Shown one piece after another: positions 8,876 through 15,664 of a stretch of 24,000 bases of DNA. Positions within the stretch are counted from its first letter, which is position 1. The number at the start of each line of letters is the position of its first letter. The stretch covers positions 6,338 through 30,337 of the forward strand of contig NZ_QJKI01000032.1 in assembly GCF_003201855.1 (NCBI RefSeq), given 5' to 3'. Source of the stretch: Rivihabitans pingtungensis (lineage in GTDB: Bacteria > Pseudomonadota > Gammaproteobacteria > Burkholderiales > Aquaspirillaceae). The notes beneath the pieces are model-generated. The model was not told the DNA's origin, searched no databases, and was given only the letters and a program-made list of their open reading frames with translations. A program made the translations under genes and the position numbers.

Positions 8876-9667
8876 TCACTGATTATTGCGCACCCAACGC
8901 CGCCACTGCTCGAACAGACACGGATCCAGCGCGGCCACCGCCGAGCGGTGCCACAGCGGGCCTTGCCAATAATCGTCGCTGTCCAGCGTGCAGGCCTGGC
9001 CGCCGGCTTCTTCCAGAATCACAATCCCCGCCGCGTAGTCCCACAGCCGCTGGCCGCCATGCAGATACAGGTCATAGCGCCCTGCCGCCAGATAGCACCA
9101 ATCAATGGTCGAAGCGCCCAGGCTGCGCTGGCTGCCAAACGGCGCCAGGCTGGTCAGCCGGGTGCCCAGCTTGCCGCTACGCAGATATTTGACCTCGACC
9201 GCCGCGATGGTGTCGCCCATGCTGGCAGGCGCCGCTTTCAGCGGCAGGCGGATGCCATTCATATAGGCGCCGCTGCCACGACGGGCGTAGAACATCTCGT
9301 TGGCCACCGGGTTGTAAATCACCCCCAGTTCGCTGCGGCCGTGGCGCATCAGCGCCACCGAGATGGCAAAGTAGGGCAGGCCGTGGATGAAGTTGGTGGT
9401 GCCGTCGATTGGATCAACCACCCACAAACCATCCGGGTTGGCCTCCCACAAGGCATGCTGTTCTTCCGGGGTCATTTCTTCGCCCAGCACCGGGTAGGGC
9501 AGGATGTCCGGCAGGCGACGCGCCAACGCTTGTTGAGTGGCCAGATCAGCCTCGGTGAACAGGGTGCCGTCCGATTTGCGGGTGGAACCCACACGCAAAA
9601 AACGCGGCATGACTTCGGTTTGCGCAATCTCGCGCAATGTCTGAATCACCTGATCGACCACCTGCAT
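8876..9667 (-). CDS. Inositol monophosphatase family protein (SuhB/CysQ-like)
   Basis: It shows the IMPase motifs: FTEADLATQ, VLGEE, WVVDPIDGTTNFIHGLPYFAISVAL and WDYAAG. The start was set at MQVVDQVIQT (ATG = complement of 9665..9667), which has a gaggggga SD. The track start at 9838 adds 57 Arg/Pro-rich residues. Confidence 0.85.
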   Translation of the reverse strand: MQVVDQVIQTLREIAQTEVMPRFLRVGSTRKSDGTLFTEADLATQQALARRLPDILPYPVLGEEMTPEEQHALWEANPDGLWVVDPIDGTTNFIHGLPYFAISVALMRHGRSELGVIYNPVANEMFYARRGSGAYMNGIRLPLKAAPASMGDTIAAVEVKYLRSGKLGTRLTSLAPFGSQRSLGASTIDWCYLAAGRYDLYLHGGQRLWDYAAGIVILEEAGGQACTLDSDDYWQGPLWHRSAVAALDPCLFEQWRRWVRNNQ

Positions 9668-10017
9668 GGCACGACTCCCCCTCTTCAGCTTGTCAATATC
9701 ATTCTGGCGCGCCGGTAGGCGCTGACCATGCCCGGCGAACCGGGTGCGTACCCGTCTGCGCGGGCGTGGCGCAGCATTTGGCTCGTGGCCCGGCGGCAAC
9801 CACCGTCCCGCTGATGGCTCCCCCATGCTGCAATGCAAAGTGTGCCATAAGCCAGCGGCTGCCGTCTGGACAACATGTCACATTCCGCGCAAAAAAAGCC
9901 GGGCTTTTGCTGCTTTGCCATCAGCGATGCGCGGCATCGAACAGCCAGCCACCAGGAAAGCAGAAAAACCCGACGCAAACTGGCAGAATGGCGTTTTACC
10001 CTGCTGCCCGGATTGCC

Positions 10018-10746
10018 ATGCCGCGTTTTTTTGTTGATCAACCGCTGATAGCCGGAACCGAACTGAACCTGCCCGATGCCGTGGTGCGCCATGTGCAGGT
10101 GCTGCGCCTGAATGCTGGCGATGCCCTCACGGTATTTAACGGCTCACCCCCCGATCTGGAGTACCCGGCCCGGATTTTGGCCGTCGGCAAGCGCGAAGTA
10201 CGGGTACAACTGGATGCCGCACTGGCTGTCTCGCGTGAGTCGCCGTTGCGGCTGGGGCTGGCGCAGGGGATTTCCAGCGGCGAACGCATGGACTTCACCT
10301 TGCAAAAAGGGGTGGAAATGGGCGTCAACGTGTTCCAGCCACTGGCCACCCAGCGCAGCATCGTGCGGCTCAGCGGTGAGCGTGCCGACAAGCGCCTGGC
10401 ACGCTGGCGCGACATCATCCTTTCAGCCTGTGAACAATGTGGCCGCAATACCGTGCCCGAGCTGCGCCCCATCCTCAGCCTGGACGCCTGGTTGGCCGAA
10501 TCGGCCAATTTGCCGGAGGCGCGGCTGATGCTGTCACCGCTGGGTAGCGCCCGCCTGGCCGAATTACCCGCCCCCACGGCGGCCTGGCTGCTGGCCGGCC
10601 CGGAAGGCGGGCTGAGTGATGCAGAAGAACAAGCCGCCTTGCGTGCAGGCTGGACCGCGCTGAAACTGGGCCCGCGCATCCTGCGCACCGAGACAGCCGC
10701 ACTGGCCGCCGTCGCCGCCATGCAGCAACGCTGGGGCGACTACTGA
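10018..10746 (+). CDS. rsmE: 16S rRNA (uracil1498-N3)-methyltransferase
   Basis: It starts MPRFFVDQPL...LPDAVVRHVQVLRL..GDALTVFNG, contains QKGVEMGV, and ends GPEGGLSDAEE...LGPRILRTETAALAAVA. This is the characteristic RsmE (SPOUT) pattern at 242 aa. The track ORF starting at 9637 is an upstream extension. Confidence 0.88.
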   Translation: MPRFFVDQPLIAGTELNLPDAVVRHVQVLRLNAGDALTVFNGSPPDLEYPARILAVGKREVRVQLDAALAVSRESPLRLGLAQGISSGERMDFTLQKGVEMGVNVFQPLATQRSIVRLSGERADKRLARWRDIILSACEQCGRNTVPELRPILSLDAWLAESANLPEARLMLSPLGSARLAELPAPTAAWLLAGPEGGLSDAEEQAALRAGWTALKLGPRILRTETAALAAVAAMQQRWGDY

Positions 10747-10889
10747 CCGTCAACAAGTTATCCACATGTTTCGCACAGCTTGTGTGCAACTTGTGGACAG
10801 TACAATCCCCCACCCGAGGCGCCAGACGGGTGAACCCGGCCAGCACCTGCCGGTCGGAGCCTTCCAGAATATTGCACAGGAATACCACC

Positions 10890-11657
10890 ATGCAGGATCA
10901 CGACACTCCCTCCCTTCCGCCGCCTCGTGTGGCCGTCCAGCGTGGCTGGGGCTGGTGGCGGGACGGGTTTCATCTTTTTCGCGAACAACCGCTGACCATG
11001 CTGCTGTTCGGGCTGGTGTATTGCATCGTGCTGCTGGGTTTTCAGTTGCTGCCCGGCGTGGGCAGCGTGCTGGCGGTGTTTCTGGGCCCATTGCTGACGG
11101 CGGGCTTCCTGCAAGTGGCCGCGCGGCTGACACGCGCAGAAGAACCCAGGCTGGCCGACCTGTTTGCCGCCTTTCGCCAGCCGGGGGTGACAAGCCTGCT
11201 GGGCATCGGCTTGTGGTATCTGGTGATGTTGATGTCAGTGGCTTTTCTGGTCACCCTGCTGGCGGTGGCACTGGGCCTGGCGCCCTCACCGGAAGCCTTG
11301 CAGGCCGAACCGATCAGCCAGGACACCATGGATCAGTTGCTGACTCTGGGCATGATGGTGATGCTGGCGGCCTTGCCGGTGGCCGCAGCCTACTGGCTGG
11401 CGCCCGCGCTGGTGACTTTCGAGCAGGCCAGCGCCGCCGAGGCGATGTGGCGCAGCCTGCGCTTCATGTGGCGCAATCTGGGCGCATTTGCCCTGTATCT
11501 GTCAGGCATGGCGATACTGACGCTGGCCGCACTGCTGACCTATGGCGCGGCATTCATTGTGGTGGCGCCATTGTCCATGCTGTCTCTGTATGCCTGCTAT
11601 CGGGATTTGGCCGGCCAAGGCCCGGTGCAGATTGACAACGCCGGCTGGGTGGAATGA
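10890..11657 (+). CDS. Multi-pass integral membrane protein, function unknown
   Basis: This 255-aa ORF runs from MQDHDTPSLPPP. It has at least five long hydrophobic segments (LTMLLFGLVYCIVLLGF, VLAVFLGPLLTAGFL, LLGIGLWYLVMLMSVAFLVTLLAVAL, LGMMVMLAALPVAAAYWLA, FALYLSGMAILTLAALLTYGAAFIVVA). An agga lies 8 nt upstream of the ATG. Confidence 0.7.
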   Translation: MQDHDTPSLPPPRVAVQRGWGWWRDGFHLFREQPLTMLLFGLVYCIVLLGFQLLPGVGSVLAVFLGPLLTAGFLQVAARLTRAEEPRLADLFAAFRQPGVTSLLGIGLWYLVMLMSVAFLVTLLAVALGLAPSPEALQAEPISQDTMDQLLTLGMMVMLAALPVAAAYWLAPALVTFEQASAAEAMWRSLRFMWRNLGAFALYLSGMAILTLAALLTYGAAFIVVAPLSMLSLYACYRDLAGQGPVQIDNAGWVE

Positions 11658-11658
11658 C

Positions 11659-11700
11659 AAAAACCTGCTGCCCGGCCAGATTGCCGGGCAGCAGGTTTGC
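11659..11700. terminator. Bidirectional intrinsic terminator (strongest for the minus-strand reb array)
   Basis: A perfect 16-bp stem pairs aaacctgctgcccggc (11661..11676) with gccgggcagcaggttt (11683..11698), with a 6-nt loop. The flanking A-run 11659..11663 gives UUUUU on the minus-strand transcript. On the plus strand only TTT follows. Confidence 0.8.
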
Positions 11701-11717
11701 ACCGCGCCGCGTACCGC

Positions 11718-12038
11718 TTAGCGGAAGGATTTCAGCACGGTCAGCAGGCTGGTCAGGTTGTCGGCGATGCCGGCCTGGCTCATTTTTTCGGTGCCGGCAG
11801 CAGCAGCCATGGTGTTCATGCTGTAGATCTGCATCACGCCCTGGTTGGCGGCGGCCTGGGCCAGGATGTTCTGTTGTTGCTGGGCCGACACGGCATTCTG
11901 GAACAGGATGCCGGTGGAATGAGCCATGCTCTGGTAGATCGAGCCCATGGCCATGGCCGGGGCTTCCGCCAGCACCTTGACGTTGGTTTGGGTGACGGCG
12001 TCGGTAATTTGCGAATTCACTGCGGTCGGGAATGCCAT
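11718..12038 (-). CDS. rebB: RebB-family R-body subunit, paralog 1 (106 aa, short N-terminus)
   Basis: It begins MAFPTAVNSQITDAVTQTNVKVLAEAPAMAMG and ends GIADNLTSLLTVLKSFR. The VNSQITDAVTQ signature belongs to the RebB / killing-trait family. An SD (aggag) lies 7 nt upstream. Confidence 0.85.
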   Translation of the reverse strand: MAFPTAVNSQITDAVTQTNVKVLAEAPAMAMGSIYQSMAHSTGILFQNAVSAQQQQNILAQAAANQGVMQIYSMNTMAAAAGTEKMSQAGIADNLTSLLTVLKSFR

Positions 12039-12176
12039 TTGTTGACTCCTGGATCGGATGAGGCGGCGCTCATCCCGGCAAGCGGGCGAGCGGTTTCAAG
12101 AAACCGGGGCGGTGGCCCCCATTCGGTCCGCGCGGGACGCGGCCCCGGCCTGGATGAGCCAGACCGGGACGCCGCA

Positions 12177-12530
12177 TTAGCTGCGGAAAGACTTCAGCAC
12201 ACTCAGCATGCTGGTCAGATTGTCGGCAATACCAGCCTGGCTCACCTTTTCGGTGGCGGCGGCATCGGACATCGTGCCCATGCTGTAGAGCTGAATCACG
12301 CCCTGGTTGGACGCAGCCTGCGCCAGGGTGTTTTGCTGCTGTTGCGAGGACACGGCGTTCTCGAACAGGATGCCGGTGGAGTGCGACATTGCCTGGAACA
12401 TCGCACCCATGGCCATGGCCGGAGATTCAGCCAGCACCTTGACGTTGGTCTGGGTCACCGCGTCGGTGATCTGCGAATTCACCGCAGTCGGCGCGCCGGC
12501 CGAGCTGTCGGTGGAAGGAGTATCAGCCAT
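12177..12530 (-). CDS. rebB: RebB-family R-body subunit, paralog 2 (117 aa, Ser/Thr/Ala-rich N-terminal extension)
   Basis: It begins MADTPSTDSSAGAPTAVNSQITDAVTQTNVKVLAESPAMAMG and ends GIADNLTSMLSVLKSFRS. An SD (aaggaaa) lies upstream. Confidence 0.85.
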   Translation of the reverse strand: MADTPSTDSSAGAPTAVNSQITDAVTQTNVKVLAESPAMAMGAMFQAMSHSTGILFENAVSSQQQQNTLAQAASNQGVIQLYSMGTMSDAAATEKVSQAGIADNLTSMLSVLKSFRS

Positions 12531-12565
12531 CGTTGATTTCCTTTACGGATGAAGTAAAACGGGCA

Positions 12566-12922
12566 TCAGGACTTGAACGATTGCAGCACGGTCAGCAAGC
12601 TGGTCAGGTTGTCGGCAATGCCGGCCTGACTGACTTTTTCGGTGCCGGCAGCGTCGGCCATGGTGTCCACGCTGTAAATCTGCATCACGCCCTGATTGGT
12701 GGAGGCCTGGGTCAGGGTGTTTTGCTGTTGCTGGGCCGAAATGGCGTTCTCGAACAGGATGCCGGTCGAGTGAGCCATGGTCTGGAAAATCGAGCCCATG
12801 GCCATGGCGGGGGATTCGGCCAGCACCTTGACGTTGGTCTGGGTCACCGCGTCGGTGATTTGCGAGTTCACCGCAGTCGGTGTTGCAGCGCCAGCGGCAG
12901 TGGAAGTATCAGTGGTTGCCAT
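12566..12922 (-). CDS. rebB: RebB-family R-body subunit, paralog 3 (118 aa, Ser/Thr/Ala-rich N-terminal extension)
   Basis: It begins MATTDTSTAAGAATPTAVNSQITDAVTQTNVKVLAESPAMAMG and ends GIADNLTSLLTVLQSFKS. The start at 12922 is preferred because aagga then sits 8 nt upstream. The track start at 12931 (MSNMATT) has no spacing to the SD. Confidence 0.82.
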   Translation of the reverse strand: MATTDTSTAAGAATPTAVNSQITDAVTQTNVKVLAESPAMAMGSIFQTMAHSTGILFENAISAQQQQNTLTQASTNQGVMQIYSVDTMADAAGTEKVSQAGIADNLTSLLTVLQSFKS

Positions 12923-12963
12923 GTTGGACATCCTTTATTCGAGTAAACCGGAAAGTCGGCGAC

Positions 12964-13287
12964 TTAGCCCTTGAACGATTGCAGCACGGTCAGCATGCTG
13001 GTCAGGTTATCGGCGATGCCACCCTGGCCCACTTTTTCGGTGGCGGCAGCGTCGGCCATGGTGCCCATGCTGTAGATCTGCATCACGCCCTGGTTGGTGG
13101 AAGCCTGGGTCAGGGTGTTTTGTTGTTGCTGGGCCGAGACGGCGTTCTCGAACAGAATGCCGGTCGAGTGGGCCATGGTTTGGTAGATCGCGCCCATGGC
13201 CATGGCCGGGGATTCAGCCAGCACCTTGACGTTGGCTTGGGTCACTGCGTCGGTGATTTGATCGTTCACGGCGGTCGGAATAGCCAT
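12964..13287 (-). CDS. rebB: RebB-family R-body subunit, paralog 4 (107 aa, short N-terminus)
   Basis: It begins MAIPTAVNDQITDAVTQANVKVLAESPAMAMG and ends GIADNLTSMLTVLQSFKG. An SD (aaggag) lies 8 nt upstream. Confidence 0.85.
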   Translation of the reverse strand: MAIPTAVNDQITDAVTQANVKVLAESPAMAMGAIYQTMAHSTGILFENAVSAQQQQNTLTQASTNQGVMQIYSMGTMADAAATEKVGQGGIADNLTSMLTVLQSFKG

Positions 13288-13386
13288 TGAAACACTCCTT
13301 GATGGTAAGGTCGGTTGAGGAATCGGCGCGGCATCACGTCGCGCTCACCGGATAGAACGCCCGCCAGAAACGGGCGTGAAACCAGC

Positions 13387-14046
13387 TCAGCCAGCCAATT
13401 GTCCTGTGTCTTTGCCCGCATCCATGCCCTGGGGGCCGGCAGCCGTCCCCGCCGCCACTGCGGCCGGGGTCAGCGTGGCTTGTGCCGGAGTGGGCACCTG
13501 GGTCTGGCGCGCCTGCAATTCGGCGATGGTCTGACTTTGCTGGTTCAGCCGGTCCACCACGCCACTCAGCGCATTTTGCAGCGGCATGAAAGTTTGATTG
13601 AAGCAGCGCTCCACCTCCTGGCGGGCCAGGCCGGCCAGCCGGTCGGCAATCTGCGACAAGGCCATTTGCCCGCCCATGCCCACGCCAGTGCCGCCATTGA
13701 GTGCAGACGGGCGCAACTCGGCCAGCGAGCGCGCACCTTCCACCACCTTCAGAATGGCCTGTTCTTCTTTTTCCTGCGCCTGCATGGCCTGGGTAACATT
13801 GCTGTGAATGGCGCTGAGTGAATCGCGCACACTGGCCTGGGTATTGGCGCGACTGAGGGCCAGCACGGCGGCGGCCTGCTCACCGGGCGAGACCCCGGCA
13901 CTTTGCTGGGCGGCCTGGAAGGCCTGCAACTGGGCAAACTCCTGCGGTTGCAGCGGCCGTTTCAGCCAGGTTTCGGCCAGTTGTTGCAGATTGGGATCCA
14001 GAGCGGTGTCGGCACCTGTCGCTGGGCTGGGACTCGGGCTGGTCAT
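13387..14046 (-). CDS. Gln/Ala-rich hypothetical protein (219 aa), reb-locus associated
   Basis: It starts MTSPSPSPATGADT, with a strong aaggag SD 8 nt upstream (ATG = complement of 14044..14046). It is helical and Q-rich (LQAFQAAQQSAG, QAMQAQEKEEQAILK, LNQQSQTIAELQARQTQ). I recognise no family. The stop lies 99 bp upstream of the rebB array. Confidence 0.65.
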   Translation of the reverse strand: MTSPSPSPATGADTALDPNLQQLAETWLKRPLQPQEFAQLQAFQAAQQSAGVSPGEQAAAVLALSRANTQASVRDSLSAIHSNVTQAMQAQEKEEQAILKVVEGARSLAELRPSALNGGTGVGMGGQMALSQIADRLAGLARQEVERCFNQTFMPLQNALSGVVDRLNQQSQTIAELQARQTQVPTPAQATLTPAAVAAGTAAGPQGMDAGKDTGQLAG

Positions 14047-14190
14047 GGGGTAGGGCTCCTTGTCGTGAAATGCAAATGAGGTGGAATGGGGTGGCACGGC
14101 GCGCACGCCCCCGGCATGACACACCTGGTGTGGCCCACGACCGCACGCACGTAAGGCAATCCAGGCACACCGGGGCAGTATCGGTGAGGC

Positions 14191-14808
14191 TTACTGCGCA
14201 GTGCGCAGCCACCAGCGTGATGCTTCGGTACGGTTGGATACACCCAGCACGCGGTACATGCTGTACAGCTGATTCTTGATGGTGCCCTCCGCCACTGACA
14301 GCCGGCGGGCAATCTGCTTGTTGGATTGCCCCTCGGCCACCAACCAGAGGATTTCCTGCTGACGGGGCGTCAGATTGGGCGCATGACTGGCAGGCAACTG
14401 CACGCCCCCCTCGCCGATGGCGGTGGGGATAAAGCAGTCTTCCTGCAAGACTTGCAGGCACAGCGACACCAGCATGGGGGGATTCAATGCCTTGTTGAAT
14501 ACCCCGGCGCCGCCGGCCTGGCGCACGGCAGCAGCCAGACCGGCCTTGCCGTCGAACACATTCAGGATGCAACGCAAATGAGGGTGGCGCTCGCGCAGTT
14601 GGCGGATCAAGCCCAGCTCATGCTGCGCGCCCCACGAAGCTTCCAGCAGCAAAAGATCCGGGGCAGGTTGCGGCAGGGCATCCAGGCTGGGCAGATACTT
14701 CAGATGTTCCAGTGTCACCGGATGATTCATCCGGGCAAAGGCTGCCTCAACACCGGCAGCAAACACCGGGGCACGGTCAACAACCAGGATTCTCGGGGCA
14801 GTGGTCAT
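14191..14808 (-). CDS. LuxR/GerE-type response regulator with degenerate receiver domain
   Basis: The C-terminal HTH reads LTPRQQEILWLVAEGQSNKQIARRLSVAEGTIKNQLYSMYRVLGVSNRTEA. The N-terminal CheY-like fold is ILVVDRAPVF...PDLLLLEASW...FNKAL. Glu sits where the phospho-acceptor Asp is expected, and DR replaces the acidic DD pair. An SD (aggag) precedes ATG 14808. Confidence 0.85.
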   Translation of the reverse strand: MTTAPRILVVDRAPVFAAGVEAAFARMNHPVTLEHLKYLPSLDALPQPAPDLLLLEASWGAQHELGLIRQLRERHPHLRCILNVFDGKAGLAAAVRQAGGAGVFNKALNPPMLVSLCLQVLQEDCFIPTAIGEGGVQLPASHAPNLTPRQQEILWLVAEGQSNKQIARRLSVAEGTIKNQLYSMYRVLGVSNRTEASRWWLRTAQ

Positions 14809-14896
14809 GGTGTGGCTCCTAGAAGACATGAGTGCCACAGGGAACGCCACACGCAGCGGACTGTGAAATCCCTCCCATACCCGACCGCCACAAATG

Positions 14897-14933
14897 CACA
14901 CGCCGCCCAGGGCATGACCTTGGGCGGCGTGTG
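14897..14933 (-). terminator. Strong hairpin downstream of the lysozyme gene (probable terminator)
   Basis: A perfect 13-bp stem pairs cacacgccgccca (14897..14909) with tgggcggcgtgtg (14921..14933), with an 11-nt loop. It lies 24 nt after the lysozyme stop. Only a short U-tract (cattt) follows on the minus transcript. Confidence 0.5.
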
Positions 14934-14956
14934 CAAGATACAAATCAGCGGAGCAA

Positions 14957-15406
14957 TCAGTCCGGGGTCAGGAACAACGCGCGTTCGGCGTTGCGGCGAG
15001 CCAGCAGACCAGCCACTTCTTTACCACCGGCGCGGTCCCAGCGCGGAAACTGATCAGCGGCGGCCTGGAAGTTGCCGGCGTTCAACAGGCGCAACAGGGT
15101 GGACTGCTGCAAGGAGCCCAGACCCAGGTTGTAAGAAAAACTGATCAGCGCATCAAATTGATTCTGGTTGATCTTCACCGTCACCAAGGCATTGACGCCA
15201 TTGTTGAAACGGGCCAGATCGTTGATCAGCAGTTGTTCGGCCTGCTGCTGCGTGATGGTCAGGCCGGCTTTGACGTCCGGGCCCGTGTGGCCGTAACCGA
15301 TGGTCCACACACCGACCATGTCTTGATAGGCGGTCAGGCGCAGGCCTTCGAATTTTTCGATCAGCGCGCGGCCGCGCGGGCTGCAGCTGAGTTGATTGAC
15401 GCTCAT
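14957..15406 (-). CDS. Phage-type lysozyme / muramidase (GH24), no signal peptide
   Basis: MSVNQLSCSPRGRALIEKFEGLRLTAYQDMVGVWTIGYGHTG...FDALISFSYNLG shows the catalytic Glu/Asp/Thr pattern EG-x5-AY-x-D-x2-G-x2-TIGYGHT of T4/P22-type endolysins. An SD (aggag) lies 6 nt upstream of ATG 15406. Confidence 0.88.
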   Translation of the reverse strand: MSVNQLSCSPRGRALIEKFEGLRLTAYQDMVGVWTIGYGHTGPDVKAGLTITQQQAEQLLINDLARFNNGVNALVTVKINQNQFDALISFSYNLGLGSLQQSTLLRLLNAGNFQAAADQFPRWDRAGGKEVAGLLARRNAERALFLTPD

Positions 15407-15664
15407 GGTTTCTCCTGGTGAATTCAATCCACACATCCAGCCAGCCTGCCACGCATCGGCCTCACCTGAAACCGCGATTCGGTTTCATGGTCGCCATGCG
15501 CGTGCCCAGGCAGGCGGGCGTGCGCAACATAGTCTGGGGTTCATCACGGCAGGCCACTTGACGTGATGGACGCACGCTGGCGCGCCATCGTGCTTATGCA
15601 CAATGACGCACAAGGAGCATACGCCTTCAGGCCAGGCCTGCCACTTTCACTTGATTACACCGCG

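Larger units (their letters stand above)
11718..13287 (-). repeat. Tandem array of four near-identical rebB gene copies
   Basis: The four ORFs have core regions roughly 85-90% identical by my by-eye residue count. Long identical DNA stretches are visible (e.g. ggcatcctgttc/ggcattctgttc...gagaacgcc and gtcaccgcgtcggtgat). Spacers between copies are 32, 35 and 138 bp. Confidence 0.85.

Noticed and set aside
9668-10017. A 350-bp divergent intergenic region between the IMPase-family gene and rsmE. It includes a 97-aa ORF (9744..10037) and an aaaaaaagccgggcttttg element.
   Set aside because: The ORF is Cys/Arg/Pro-rich with no RBS. The putative hairpin has a 1-nt loop and cannot form. Nothing here can be supported beyond ordinary divergent promoters.
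11718-13287. A periodic repeat that could be mistaken for a CRISPR-like or satellite array.
   Set aside because: Each repeat unit is ~360-490 bp and is a complete ORF with its own RBS. There is no short repeat/spacer organisation, so this is gene amplification rather than CRISPR.
11697-13290. Three long plus-strand ORFs (279, 137 and 136 aa) with repeated Gly/His/Leu-rich sequence (GHGVHAVDLHHALVGGGLGQ...).
   Set aside because: They are the antisense reading of the tandem rebB copies. This explains why they repeat each other. The minus-strand ORFs each have an SD and a recognised family signature.
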